From: an uncultured delta proteobacterium
GTDB taxonomy: Bacteria > Myxococcota > Myxococcia > Myxococcales > Myxococcaceae
DNA length: 64,000 bases
Reading direction: 5' to 3'
NCBI GenBank assembly: GCA_963796055.1
Contig: CAWCKH010000004.1
Span: 2,176,001-2,240,000 of the forward strand
Positions within the stretch are counted from its first letter, which is position 1. Every line of letters starts with the position of its first letter. Under the pieces are notes generated by a model, which was not told the origin of the DNA, did no database searches, and worked only from the letters and a program-made list of their open reading frames with translations. Shown here in pieces: positions 41,777 through 51,536 of the stretch. Both the position numbers and the translations under genes were made by a program.

Positions 41777-44347
41777 GTGCGACTCGCGCCAGGCACCCGG
41801 CTGGGACCTTATGAGGTACTCGCCACACTGGGCTCCGGAGGCATGTCGGAGGTCTACCGGGCCCGGGACAGCCGGCTTCAGCGGGAGGTGGCGATCAAGG
41901 TGGTCGGGGAAGCCCTGGCGGGCGACACCGCGTTCCTGAACCGGCTCGAGCAGGAGGCGCGCCTCGCCGGGGGGCTCAACCACCCCAACATCGTCGCCGT
42001 GCACGACATCGGGGTGCACGAGGGTGCGCCGTACGTGGTGACCGAGCTGCTCCAGGGCGAGACGCTCCGGGAGCGGCTGCTGCGTGGGCCGGTGCCGCTG
42101 CTCCAGGCGCTGGACTGGGCGGGGCAGATCGCGCACGCGCTCGCCGCGGCGCACGCCCACGGGATCATCCATCGAGATCTAAAACCGGAGAACGTCTTCC
42201 TCACCCGCACCGGCCAGGTGAAGCTGCTGGACTTCGGCATCGCCAAGGCCACGCCGAGGGTGACCGAGGCGCGGGGGCTGCTGGACCCCACGATGAGCCC
42301 GGCGGGCTCCGCGACCCGCACCGGCGCGGTGCTGGGAACGCCCGGGTACATGTCCCCCGAGCAGGTACGGGGCGAGCAGGTGGACGCCCGGAGCGACGTC
42401 TTCGCCCTGGGCACCATCCTCCACGAGCTCCTCTCCGGTCAGCGGGCCTTCCGCACCGGGTCGATCGTGGAGAGCGGCTACGCCATCCTCCACGACGAAC
42501 CGGCGCCTCTTCCTCCCTCAGTTCCCACCGGCGTGGCGCAGGTGGTCCAGCGCTGCCTCTCCAAGGACCCCGAGCAACGTTTCCAGTCGGCGCGGGACGT
42601 GGGCTTCAGTCTGGAGGCGCTGCGCGGCACCGGGGCGACCACGCCCGCCCAGCCACTCCCCCCTCTGAGTCGGGGTCGCGCCCGGGCGATTCGCCTCGCC
42701 AGATGGCTCGCTCCAGCGCTGCTCCTGGGGCTCGCCGCCTACGTCGCGGGCCGCGCGGCACGAAGCCCGGCGTCGCAACCGCGCATCCACCAGCTCACCT
42801 TCCACCGCGGCGCGGTGTTTTCGGCGCGCTTTGCGCCCGACGGCAAGACGGTCCACTTCAGCGCAGCCTGGAACGACGCCCTGCCCGAGCTGTTCACCAC
42901 CAGCACCGACAGCCGGGTCTTCAGGAGCCTGGACGTGGGGAAGGCCGAGCTCCAGTCCGTTTCCCGCGGGGGCGAGCTCGCCGTGCTGCTGAACCCGTCG
43001 TATCCCCAGTCCTTCGGTCTCAGGGGGACGCTGGCCATCGTGCCGCAGCTGGGAGGCAGCCCCCGCGAGCTGGCCACCGACGTGTTCTCAGCGGACTGGG
43101 CGCCCGACGGGAAGGCACTGGCGGTGGTCCGCGGCGGAACCGAGGGTTCCGCGCTCGAGTTCCCGCTGGGGAACGTCGTCTTCCGGTCCACCGGGTTCGT
43201 GACCGATCCCCGGGTTGATGCGACCGGCGATCGGGTTGCCTTCCTGGACCACCCACGTCCCGGAGACAGCGCGGCCAGGGTGATGGTGGTGGCCAAGGAC
43301 GGGCGGGCCGAGGAGTGGAGCCCGCTCTGCGACGATGGCTTCGGCGTCGCCTGGAGCCGCACGGGGGACGAGGTGCTCGCCGGGCTCGCCCAGCCGGGCG
43401 AGCTCGCCTCGCTGTGGGGCGCGCGGAAGGGGAAGCCACTGCGGCTGGTCTACCGGGGCACCGGGAATCTCATCATCGACGACGTCGACCACGACGGCCG
43501 GATGCTGGTGCGCGAGCGGGACTGGGGTCAGGAGCTGGTGTTCGTGCCGCCGGAGGGGCCCGCGCGCTCCATCGAGTGGCTCGACTGGGCCAGCGTGGGC
43601 GGCATCTCGGATGACGGCAAGAAGGTCCTCTCGTTCGAATCCGGGGTGGGCGCCTCCCCCAACGTCCTGTCCGTCCTCCGCAACCTCGACCAGCGTGCAC
43701 CGGTCCAGCTGGGAGTGGGCCGCGGTCTCGCGCTCAGCCCGGACGGGAGCCGGGCCCTGGTGAGCCTCCGGGAGGAGCAGGGCGAGTTCCGCCTCCTCCC
43801 GACCGGGCCGGGCGAGCCACGGGATTTCGTCATCCCCGGATTGCAGCGGGTGTACACCGCGGGCTTCTTCCGCGACGGAAAGCGGGTGGCGCTCTACGGA
43901 CGGCGGGGCGAGGACCTGAGCCGGGTCTTCGTCTTGAACTTGGAAAACGGCGACCTCCGGCCCATCTCGCCGCCGCTCCCTCCGGGCTTCATCGTCGCGG
44001 TGTCGCCAGATCAGAAGTGGGTCGCCGCCTCGGAAGCGGATGGAACGCCGACCCTCTACCCCGTAGAAGGCGGGCGGCCGGACCACCTGGTGGAGCTCGG
44101 GCCCAGGTTCCTGGTGGTCGGATGGTTGAAGGACCAGAGCCTGCTCGCCTTCGAGCGGAACGTGGTTCCGGCCCCGGTGGTGCGGTTCGATCCGAAGACC
44201 CGGCAGGTCACGCCGTGGCGGACGCTCGCGCCCCCGGACCTTTCCGGAGTTCCGAGATTGACGAAGGTGCTCGTGACCCCGGACGGGAAGACGTTCGCCT
44301 TCCACTTCCGGCGCCGGACCGACGTGCTCTACCTGATCGACCCCTGA
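41777..44347 (+). CDS. Hanks-type Ser/Thr kinase with TM segment and WD40/TolB-like propeller
   Basis: LGSGGM, VAIK, HRDLKPEN, DFG, GTPGYMSPE; repeated (S/A)PDG blades. Confidence 0.93.
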   Translation: MRLAPGTRLGPYEVLATLGSGGMSEVYRARDSRLQREVAIKVVGEALAGDTAFLNRLEQEARLAGGLNHPNIVAVHDIGVHEGAPYVVTELLQGETLRERLLRGPVPLLQALDWAGQIAHALAAAHAHGIIHRDLKPENVFLTRTGQVKLLDFGIAKATPRVTEARGLLDPTMSPAGSATRTGAVLGTPGYMSPEQVRGEQVDARSDVFALGTILHELLSGQRAFRTGSIVESGYAILHDEPAPLPPSVPTGVAQVVQRCLSKDPEQRFQSARDVGFSLEALRGTGATTPAQPLPPLSRGRARAIRLARWLAPALLLGLAAYVAGRAARSPASQPRIHQLTFHRGAVFSARFAPDGKTVHFSAAWNDALPELFTTSTDSRVFRSLDVGKAELQSVSRGGELAVLLNPSYPQSFGLRGTLAIVPQLGGSPRELATDVFSADWAPDGKALAVVRGGTEGSALEFPLGNVVFRSTGFVTDPRVDATGDRVAFLDHPRPGDSAARVMVVAKDGRAEEWSPLCDDGFGVAWSRTGDEVLAGLAQPGELASLWGARKGKPLRLVYRGTGNLIIDDVDHDGRMLVRERDWGQELVFVPPEGPARSIEWLDWASVGGISDDGKKVLSFESGVGASPNVLSVLRNLDQRAPVQLGVGRGLALSPDGSRALVSLREEQGEFRLLPTGPGEPRDFVIPGLQRVYTAGFFRDGKRVALYGRRGEDLSRVFVLNLENGDLRPISPPLPPGFIVAVSPDQKWVAASEADGTPTLYPVEGGRPDHLVELGPRFLVVGWLKDQSLLAFERNVVPAPVVRFDPKTRQVTPWRTLAPPDLSGVPRLTKVLVTPDGKTFAFHFRRRTDVLYLIDP

Positions 44348-44369
44348 GGCCCGATGGAGTGGCTGGCTG

Positions 44370-44573
44370 TCACCAGCCGGGAGGGCCGCCCGGATTGCCC
44401 ATCGGCGTACCACCGCCACCGCCGCTTCCACCGCCCGGTGCAGGGGTGATGACCCCACCATCGGGGAGAGTCGTGTCCTGAGGTGTGGGGCGGACGGCGC
44501 TGTCGCCACCGCAGGCGACGACCAGCGCGCCGCCGCCGAGAACGAGGACCTGGAAGAGTCTACGCAGATGCAT
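44370..44573 (-). CDS. Small Gly/Pro-rich lipoprotein
   Basis: GGAGG RBS; MHLRRLFQVLVLGGGALVVAC lipobox; ends in GGPPGW. Confidence 0.65.
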   Translation of the reverse strand: MHLRRLFQVLVLGGGALVVACGGDSAVRPTPQDTTLPDGGVITPAPGGGSGGGGGTPMGNPGGPPGW

Positions 44574-44699
44574 GAAGTGCCTCCACGGCCTCCGGGGAGG
44601 CCTGCCTCCCGAAGACACCCTGGCGGGAACGCGTTGCGAGTGATGCCGCTGGCTGCGCAGCTCGCTCCAGAGGTCGCGAAACTGGCACGCTGACGAGCG

Positions 44700-47096
44700 G
44701 TGAGCACCACCACCCGATTCCAGGGAATGCTCGGCCGGCTGTCGCGGCGCCGTGGGTTCCTCGCTCTCACCGTCGCGGTTCTCGGGCTGGGGCTCGGCGC
44801 CGCGCTCACCGTCCTCGAGATCGCCGACGCCCTCTTCTGGAGGCCGCTGCCGTACGCCGACACGGATCGGCTGGTCTTCGCCTGGCAGTCCGATGGCCCC
44901 GGAACGCGCTTGACGGTGACCGGTGCCGACTTCCTCACCTGGGAGACGGAGGGCGAGCCGTTCTCCTCGATGGCGGCGATCAGCGCCCGGGGCTTCAACC
45001 TCGCCGGCGAGGGCGAGCCCGAGCGCGTGGAGGGAGCGCTGGTCTCGGCGGACGCCTTCCAGGTGCTCGGGGCGCGACCGCTCCTCGGTCGGCTCGTCGA
45101 CCCCGGGCCGCCGGGTCCGCGGGTGGCGGTGCTCTCCGAATCACTGTGGCGGCGCCGCTTCGGAGCCGACCCGGGGGTGCTCGGGCGCACGCTCACCCTC
45201 GACGGCGAGCCGGTGCAGGTGGTCGGGGTGGTCCCGGCAGCGTTCCGCTTCCCGGCGACGGCGCAGCTCTGGGTCTCGGCGCGGGGACGCGTCCCCGAGC
45301 ACCCGACCTACCCCATCGACCCGGAGACCGACCGGTCGCGGCACTTCCTCACCGTCATCGCCCGTCTGCGTCCGAGCTGGTCCGCCGGAACCGCCGCAGC
45401 GGCGCTGTCCACGGTGCAGGCACGGCTCGCCCGCGCGTTCCCCGACGAGGAGGGAGAGGTCGGCGGCGCCACGCTCACCCCGTTCCGCGAGCAGCTCTTC
45501 GGAGCGGCCCGGCCCCAGGTCTCGGTGCTGCTCGCGGTGGCCGCGCTCCTCGCGGGGGTGGCCTGGGTGAACGCCGCCCATCTCTTTCTCATCCGTCGGA
45601 CGCGCCGGGCGCACGAGCTCGCGGTGCGTCTGGCGCTGGGCGCGAGCCGTCGCTCGCTCTGGGTCCTCTTCCTCCGGGAGGCCGGGCTCATCGCCTTGCT
45701 GGCGGGCGCCCTCGCGCTGGGGCTGGCCGCCTGGGCCGCGCCGCTGCTCGTCGGAGCGAGTCCCCAGGCGACGGGAGTGCCGGTGCCGGGACTCTCGGGG
45801 CGGGTCCTCGGGCTGGCGGTGCTGCTGGTGGTCGCGACCGCGGTCTCGATGGCCGTGCTCGCCGGGCTCCAGCCGGTGCACACCACCGAGCAGATCCAGG
45901 AGGGCGGACGCACCGGCACCGAGGGGCGCGGCGCCCGGCGTCTCCGGACGGTGTTCCTCGGCTTCGAGGTCGGGCTGTCGCTTCTGCTCCTGCTCGGGAC
46001 CGGGCTCTTGCTGCGGAGCTACCTGGCGGTCCAGACGGTCGATCCAGGCTTCCGGAGCGGCGGGGTGCTGGCGGTGGATCTGCCGCTGGCCCGACTCAGG
46101 CATCCGACGGCCGCGTCGCAGGCGCGGTTCGCGATGGACGTGCTCCGTGCCCTGGGCAGCGACGCCCAGGTGGACGGCGCCGGATTCGTCTCCCAGCTGC
46201 CGCTCTCGCCCTCCAACACCATCGGGTCCCTGGCGCTGCCGGGTCAGGAGGATGCCGCATTCCCCTGCGACCTGCGGCTCGCCAGCCCCGGGTACTTCGA
46301 GACGCTGGGCATCCCCCTGCGGAGTGGGCGGCTCTTCGACGGTCGCGACGTGGAGGGCGGGCCCCCGGTGGCGATCATCAACGAGCTCGCCGCGCGGCGC
46401 GCCTTCGGGCCCAGGAGCGCGCTCGGGCAGAGGATCCTCGTCTGGGGCGAGCAGGTACCGAGCGAGGTGGTCGGCGTGGTGGGCAACGTCCGCCACACCG
46501 GGCTCGACGCCGAACCCCGGCCAGAGGCCTGGCGGCCCGTGGGCGCCGTGGGCTGGGCCAACCTCTCGCTGGTGGTGCGGGGGAAGGTTCCACCCGAGGC
46601 GCTGGTGGGGCCCGTCCGGGCCGCGATCCATTCGGTCGATGCCGAGCAGCCGCTGGTCCGGCCCGAGCCGATGCTCGAGCGGGCGGAGGCGTCGCTCGCG
46701 GTGCGCCGCTTCACCTTGGAGGTGCTCTCGGCCGGCGCGGCCGTGGCGCTGTTGCTGGCGCTCGCGGGCATCTACGGAGTCACTTCCTACGGGGTGGCAC
46801 AGCGGACCCGCGAGCTGGGCGTGCGCCTGGCGCTCGGGGCGACCCCGCGTGGCCTGGTGGAGATGGTGACCCGCGAGACGGTGGTGGTGGTTGGCGCCGG
46901 CTGCGGGGTGGGGCTCGTCGCGGGCGCGCTACTCTCGTGGGTGCTCTCGGGCCTGCTCTTCGGGGTCTCGCGGGTCGATCCGCTGACCTTCGTCGGCTGG
47001 CCCCTGGTCCTCACGGCGGTGGCAGCCGGTGCGGCCTGGGTGGCCGCCCGTCGCGCCTCGTCCGTCGACCCGGCGGACGCGCTCCGCCACGAGTAA
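44700..47096 (+). CDS. ADOP-type duplicated MacB/FtsX-like ABC permease (orphan)
   Basis: Two MacB_PCD/FtsX halves: RPLPY, N.AHL..R..ELAVRLALGAS, DPGF, GIYGV.SY.V.QRTRELGVRLALGA, DP..ALRHE. Confidence 0.9.
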   Translation: MSTTTRFQGMLGRLSRRRGFLALTVAVLGLGLGAALTVLEIADALFWRPLPYADTDRLVFAWQSDGPGTRLTVTGADFLTWETEGEPFSSMAAISARGFNLAGEGEPERVEGALVSADAFQVLGARPLLGRLVDPGPPGPRVAVLSESLWRRRFGADPGVLGRTLTLDGEPVQVVGVVPAAFRFPATAQLWVSARGRVPEHPTYPIDPETDRSRHFLTVIARLRPSWSAGTAAAALSTVQARLARAFPDEEGEVGGATLTPFREQLFGAARPQVSVLLAVAALLAGVAWVNAAHLFLIRRTRRAHELAVRLALGASRRSLWVLFLREAGLIALLAGALALGLAAWAAPLLVGASPQATGVPVPGLSGRVLGLAVLLVVATAVSMAVLAGLQPVHTTEQIQEGGRTGTEGRGARRLRTVFLGFEVGLSLLLLLGTGLLLRSYLAVQTVDPGFRSGGVLAVDLPLARLRHPTAASQARFAMDVLRALGSDAQVDGAGFVSQLPLSPSNTIGSLALPGQEDAAFPCDLRLASPGYFETLGIPLRSGRLFDGRDVEGGPPVAIINELAARRAFGPRSALGQRILVWGEQVPSEVVGVVGNVRHTGLDAEPRPEAWRPVGAVGWANLSLVVRGKVPPEALVGPVRAAIHSVDAEQPLVRPEPMLERAEASLAVRRFTLEVLSAGAAVALLLALAGIYGVTSYGVAQRTRELGVRLALGATPRGLVEMVTRETVVVVGAGCGVGLVAGALLSWVLSGLLFGVSRVDPLTFVGWPLVLTAVAAGAAWVAARRASSVDPADALRHE

Positions 47097-47266
47097 CCTT
47101 CGCCTGTACCGGATTCGTGCAGCATCACGGTGCTAGCAGCCCGGTTGCAAGAGCCTCGCTGCTGGCCGGGCTGTCGTCTCGACGACGCCGCGCCTGCGCG
47201 CCCGCCGAGCGTCCGATTGGCAAGCACGGGCTCGCTGCGCAGCTTCGGCCTCGGAGGGGTTCCGCA

Positions 47267-49048
47267 ATCCGCTCGCTCGCGCATTCGATCCGTCCCCTGG
47301 TCCTCGCGCTCACCGTCACCGCGCTCGGCTGCAGCGAGCGCGTGTCGTGGGTCGGCTTCCACGGAGACGCGCTGCGGAGCGGGTGGAACCCGCGCGAGAC
47401 CATGCTGACTCCCGAGGCGGTCGCCGGCGGCCGCTTCGGAAAGCGCTGGGATTCGCCTCCCTTCGACGCCTACGACGGCGTTCCGGGCCGGGCCTACGCC
47501 AGCCCCCTCTACCTCGAGGACGTGAAGGTGACGGGTGGCCCCTTCGCGGGTCGGGTCCTGGACGCGGTCTTCGTCGCCACCAGCAACGCCGACGTCTACG
47601 CCGTGACCCCGCTCTCCGTGCGGAACGCTCCGGCCGGCACGGTGCTCTGGAAGCGACACCTCGGCGACCCGGGCGACAGGATCGATGGGCTCCGCGTCGG
47701 CGTGATCGGCACCCCGGTGGTCGATCTGAAATCTCAGCCACCGCGCCTCTATCTCGCCGCCGACGTCCAGGCTGCTGTGTCCGAGGGGGGAACCGCCTGG
47801 CGCGTCTTCGCCCTCGACCTCACCAGCGGCAACGTGCTCCCAGGGTGGCCGGTCCTCCTGAACGCGTCCACGGTCACTCCGGTCAACGAGAACGGTCCGG
47901 CTGCCTTCGTCGAGGCCGGCAGGCTTTCGCAGCGCGGAGGGCTGGCCACCAGCCCCGACGGCCGTCTGCTCTACGTCCCGTTCGGCGGGTACTTCGGTGG
48001 GAGCGTCGGGTGGCTGGTGGCGATCGACACGGTGAAACCCCGGGTTGCCAGCTCCTTCTCGTCCAGCCCCGAAATGGAAGGAAGGGCGAACGGAGGAATC
48101 TGGGCCTCCGGCGGACCGGCGGTGGACGCGGACGGAAGCGTCTGGGCAGTGACGGGCAACAGCCCGCCCAAGCTTCTGGAGCGGACGTGGGGAGTCTCCG
48201 TGCTCCGGTGGGCCCCGGGTGTCCCTCTGCGGTTGACCGGCACGTACACCCCCTGGAACCATTGCCAGCTCGACACCGGCGACATCGACCTCTGCGGCAG
48301 CGGCGTGACGCTCCTCCCGGAGGTCCGAGGCACGAGTACGCCGCGGCTCGCCGTCGTGGGCGGCAAGCAGGGCAACGTGTATCTGCTCGACCGGGACCAT
48401 CTTCCCGGCGCGCTCGATGCACGCCCGGCCTGCAACTACAAGTCGCCCACCGACGGGCTTCCAGACGGCTCGCTCTGGGATCCCGCCGCGCCTCGCCCGT
48501 ACTACCGGGACCGTAGCCCCGGGCCCCTGAACGTCTTCGGCCCCTACAGCGAGGACGACGGGTGGGCGATGAAGGCCAAGGCGCGCTCGACCCCGGCGGT
48601 CTTCCAGGCGGAGAACGGCACGACCTACGTGGTGGTCACCGGCTCGACCAAGGACCCGGTGGACCTCGTCACCCCCCGTGCGCCCTCGGTGGCGCGGCTC
48701 CGCGTGGTCACGCCTTCGCCCACCCGGCCGGCGCACCTCGAGCTCGAGGCCTACGAGACGACGCTGGTCTTCAAGAGTCCCGGCACGCCGGTGATCAGCA
48801 GCAACGGCGGACGGGACGCCATCGCCTGGATCGTCGAGCCCAACGTCGGCCGGCTCGATAGTCTGACGACCGCGCCCGCGGCCACGCTCCACGCGGTCGA
48901 CGTGATGCGCATGCAGGCGCTCTGGAGCAGCAAGCCAGGCGATCTGTTCCCGGGCGCGAAGTACAACCACCCGGTGGTCGCCCGGGGGCAGGTCATCGTG
49001 GCCACCGACCGGGTGACGGGATTCGGGCTCGAGCCGCCGGAGCTCTAG
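47267..49048 (+). CDS. PQQ-like beta-propeller lipoprotein (start uncertain)
   Basis: ALGC lipobox, HGD..RSGWNP.E..LTP, GVIGTPVVD, GGIWASGGPA, GGKQGNVYLLDR, AKYNHPVVA. Confidence 0.8.
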   Translation: MRSLAHSIRPLVLALTVTALGCSERVSWVGFHGDALRSGWNPRETMLTPEAVAGGRFGKRWDSPPFDAYDGVPGRAYASPLYLEDVKVTGGPFAGRVLDAVFVATSNADVYAVTPLSVRNAPAGTVLWKRHLGDPGDRIDGLRVGVIGTPVVDLKSQPPRLYLAADVQAAVSEGGTAWRVFALDLTSGNVLPGWPVLLNASTVTPVNENGPAAFVEAGRLSQRGGLATSPDGRLLYVPFGGYFGGSVGWLVAIDTVKPRVASSFSSSPEMEGRANGGIWASGGPAVDADGSVWAVTGNSPPKLLERTWGVSVLRWAPGVPLRLTGTYTPWNHCQLDTGDIDLCGSGVTLLPEVRGTSTPRLAVVGGKQGNVYLLDRDHLPGALDARPACNYKSPTDGLPDGSLWDPAAPRPYYRDRSPGPLNVFGPYSEDDGWAMKAKARSTPAVFQAENGTTYVVVTGSTKDPVDLVTPRAPSVARLRVVTPSPTRPAHLELEAYETTLVFKSPGTPVISSNGGRDAIAWIVEPNVGRLDSLTTAPAATLHAVDVMRMQALWSSKPGDLFPGAKYNHPVVARGQVIVATDRVTGFGLEPPEL

Positions 49049-49247
49049 GACTCGGAGCCAGGGGGCAACTGCGCTGCGTCCCGGCCGGTGTCCGGATTCG
49101 TCCATGAGCGGACGACCAGCCAGACGTGGGCGGGCCGGCCTGCGAACGCAGGTGCAGACATCGGACCGGGCTTCGCCGAGCCGGAACTGGCGATCCTCCC
49201 GGAAGCGCGTCACTAGCGAGGCCGAGGTCCGTCGAGCCGTCGGCAGG

Positions 49248-50990
49248 TCAGGCGGGGAGCGGGGCGGGGGTGCTCCGCTGGAACTCGTCGACGACGTCCG
49301 CCACCGTGACCCGTCGATCGATGGCGCCGACGCGCTGCTCCATCCCCTCGGCCCGGAGGATGTCGCGGACCATGGCTCGCGCGCCCACCAGGCGCAGTGA
49401 GATGCCGGCGTCGCCCAGCTCCTGGTGAAGGTTGGCCAGCATCCGCACTCCGGCGGTGTCCACCCTCGGAGAGGAGGACAGGTCGATCAGCACCAGCTTC
49501 AGTGGCCCGGCGAAGGTCCGGATGCCCGTGCGGATCGCCTCCCGGACGTGCTCCACGTTGAAGTAGACCAGCGACGCCTCCACCCGGACGATGAGCACCC
49601 CCGGTACCGGCTCGTTCTCGGGATTACGCTCCAGGTCGGAGAAGCTCCGCGTCCCGGGGATGCGGCCGAGAAACGCCACGGTCGGGTGCGCGGCCCTCCG
49701 GATGACGATAAGCAGCGAGAACACCACCGCCACCATCACCCCCTTGAGGATGCCGAGCAGCAGCACCGCGGCGAATGCCGCGATGGACACGGCGAACTCC
49801 CGGCGGCTCACGCGCCAGAGGTGCCGCAGCTCGCGGACGTTGATCAGCCCCTTCACCGCCACCAACACGATGGCCGCCAGCACCACGTTGGGGAGGTTGG
49901 CGAGCATCCCGGTCAGGAACATCAGGCACACGCCGATGGTCAGCGAGGCGAACACCAGCGCCAGCGGAGTCCTCGCCCCGGCCTTGTCGTTCACCGACGA
50001 CTGCGACAGACCCCCGGCGAGCGGGTAGGACTGGAAGAGCGCCGCGGCCAGGTTGGCCGCGCCCAGGCCGAGCAGCTCCTGCCGGGGATCGATCTCCTGC
50101 CGGTGGGCCTGGGCCAGGGCCCGCGCCGCGGAGACGCTCTCCACGTAGGAGAGCAGGAGGCAGGCGAAGGCCAGCGGGATGAGCCCGTCCACCTCTCGCG
50201 GCCGCAGCCCGGGCGGCTCGAAGTGGGGCAGACCCTTCGGCAGGGCCCCAACAACCTTGAAGCCGAGCTCGCCCAGCGAGGTCACCGAGAGCAGGACGAT
50301 GGAGATCGCCACCACCAGCAGGGCGACCGGCCGGCCAGGGAGGAACTTCTCGCCCAGCAGCAGCACCACGATGGCCGCCACGCCGAAGCCGAGCACTGTC
50401 AGGTTGGTCGAGGGGAGCTGGCTCCAGAGGATGGCCAGCCGCTCGAAGAAGCCCTCCCCCCCACCTTTCACCCCGAACAGCTTGGGGAGCTGGGTGGTGG
50501 CGATGGTGAAGGCGGCACCGGCCTTGAAACCGAGGAGGATGGTCTCGCTGATGAAGTTGACCAGCGAGCTCAGTCGCAGGACCCAGGCGAGCACGAACAT
50601 CATCGCGGTGACCAGCGCGGTGAGCGCGGTGACCTCGGCAAACCGTCCAGGGTTCCCGGCGACCATCTCTGCGACCGTGACGCCGACCAGCAAGGAGATG
50701 GCCGAGGTGGGGCCGATCGCCAGCTGGCGGGACGAGCCGAACAGCGCATAGGCCAGCCCGCCGACGAGGTAGCCGTACACCCCGTACTGGGGCGGCAGCC
50801 CGGCGAGCGAGGCGTAGGCGAGCGACACCGGGATGCCGTAGGCGGCCAGGGTCACCCCGGCGACCGCGTCGCGAGGGAGCCAGCCCGCCTGGTAGGTGGT
50901 GAGCCACTGCGCGGGCGGAAAGACCGCACGCCATCCCCGGACGGGAGTGCCTCCCGGCACCGGGCTCGCCGCGGGCGCATCGGTGGCCAT
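49248..50990 (-). CDS. SulP-family anion transporter with STAS domain
   Basis: DAVAGVT..IP.SLAYASLAGLPPQYG, FGSSRQLAIGPTSA, GGLSQS, C-terminal STAS domain. Confidence 0.94.
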   Translation of the reverse strand: MATDAPAASPVPGGTPVRGWRAVFPPAQWLTTYQAGWLPRDAVAGVTLAAYGIPVSLAYASLAGLPPQYGVYGYLVGGLAYALFGSSRQLAIGPTSAISLLVGVTVAEMVAGNPGRFAEVTALTALVTAMMFVLAWVLRLSSLVNFISETILLGFKAGAAFTIATTQLPKLFGVKGGGEGFFERLAILWSQLPSTNLTVLGFGVAAIVVLLLGEKFLPGRPVALLVVAISIVLLSVTSLGELGFKVVGALPKGLPHFEPPGLRPREVDGLIPLAFACLLLSYVESVSAARALAQAHRQEIDPRQELLGLGAANLAAALFQSYPLAGGLSQSSVNDKAGARTPLALVFASLTIGVCLMFLTGMLANLPNVVLAAIVLVAVKGLINVRELRHLWRVSRREFAVSIAAFAAVLLLGILKGVMVAVVFSLLIVIRRAAHPTVAFLGRIPGTRSFSDLERNPENEPVPGVLIVRVEASLVYFNVEHVREAIRTGIRTFAGPLKLVLIDLSSSPRVDTAGVRMLANLHQELGDAGISLRLVGARAMVRDILRAEGMEQRVGAIDRRVTVADVVDEFQRSTPAPLPA

Positions 50991-51045
50991 GGCCCGACTT
51001 GGCCACAGACCAAGGGTCTCGGGGATGGGCCCTAGGTCGTACGGG

Positions 51046-51507
51046 TCAGGGCGCGTCGCCCTTGGCGGCCTCGGCCTTGAGCCGCTGGTACTCCTCCCAG
51101 TGGCGGCGGGCCTCGTCGAGCAGGCGGCGGATCTCCTTCTCCTCCGCCGTGCCGAGCGCGCCGCCGCGCTGGCCACCAGGGCCAGGGGTGGAGGTCGCCT
51201 TGCCCTCGACGATGCGCAGCTCACGGGGCTCGGCCTCGCCGTCCCAGGAGAGCAAGAGATGCAGATCGCCGCGGTGCCGCTGGAAGAGCGGCGCCAGCAG
51301 CCGGAGGGTGAAGGTGGCCTGCGGATCCTCCTGGACCACCAGGCTCTCCGCCTCGAGCCCCTCTGCCACCTTCCGCAGCTTCAGCCGCGAGCGGCCAAAG
51401 GAGACCTCGGCCCCGTCCTGTGTCGACAGCCGCAGCCCGGGCAGGCTCGCATCCTCCACCGCCTGGGCCAGGGCCCCCGGGGTGACGGTGAGCCGAAGCA
51501 CGAGCAC
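51046..51507 (-). CDS. Hypothetical protein, last gene of the prkA operon (start uncertain)
   Basis: Open frame directly after spoVR; ends in a charged helix EIRRLLDEARRHWEEYQRLK. Confidence 0.6.
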   Translation of the reverse strand: MLVLRLTVTPGALAQAVEDASLPGLRLSTQDGAEVSFGRSRLKLRKVAEGLEAESLVVQEDPQATFTLRLLAPLFQRHRGDLHLLLSWDGEAEPRELRIVEGKATSTPGPGGQRGGALGTAEEKEIRRLLDEARRHWEEYQRLKAEAAKGDAP

Positions 51508-51536
51508 CTCGGCGGACGAGAGCGTGGGCGGCTGGC

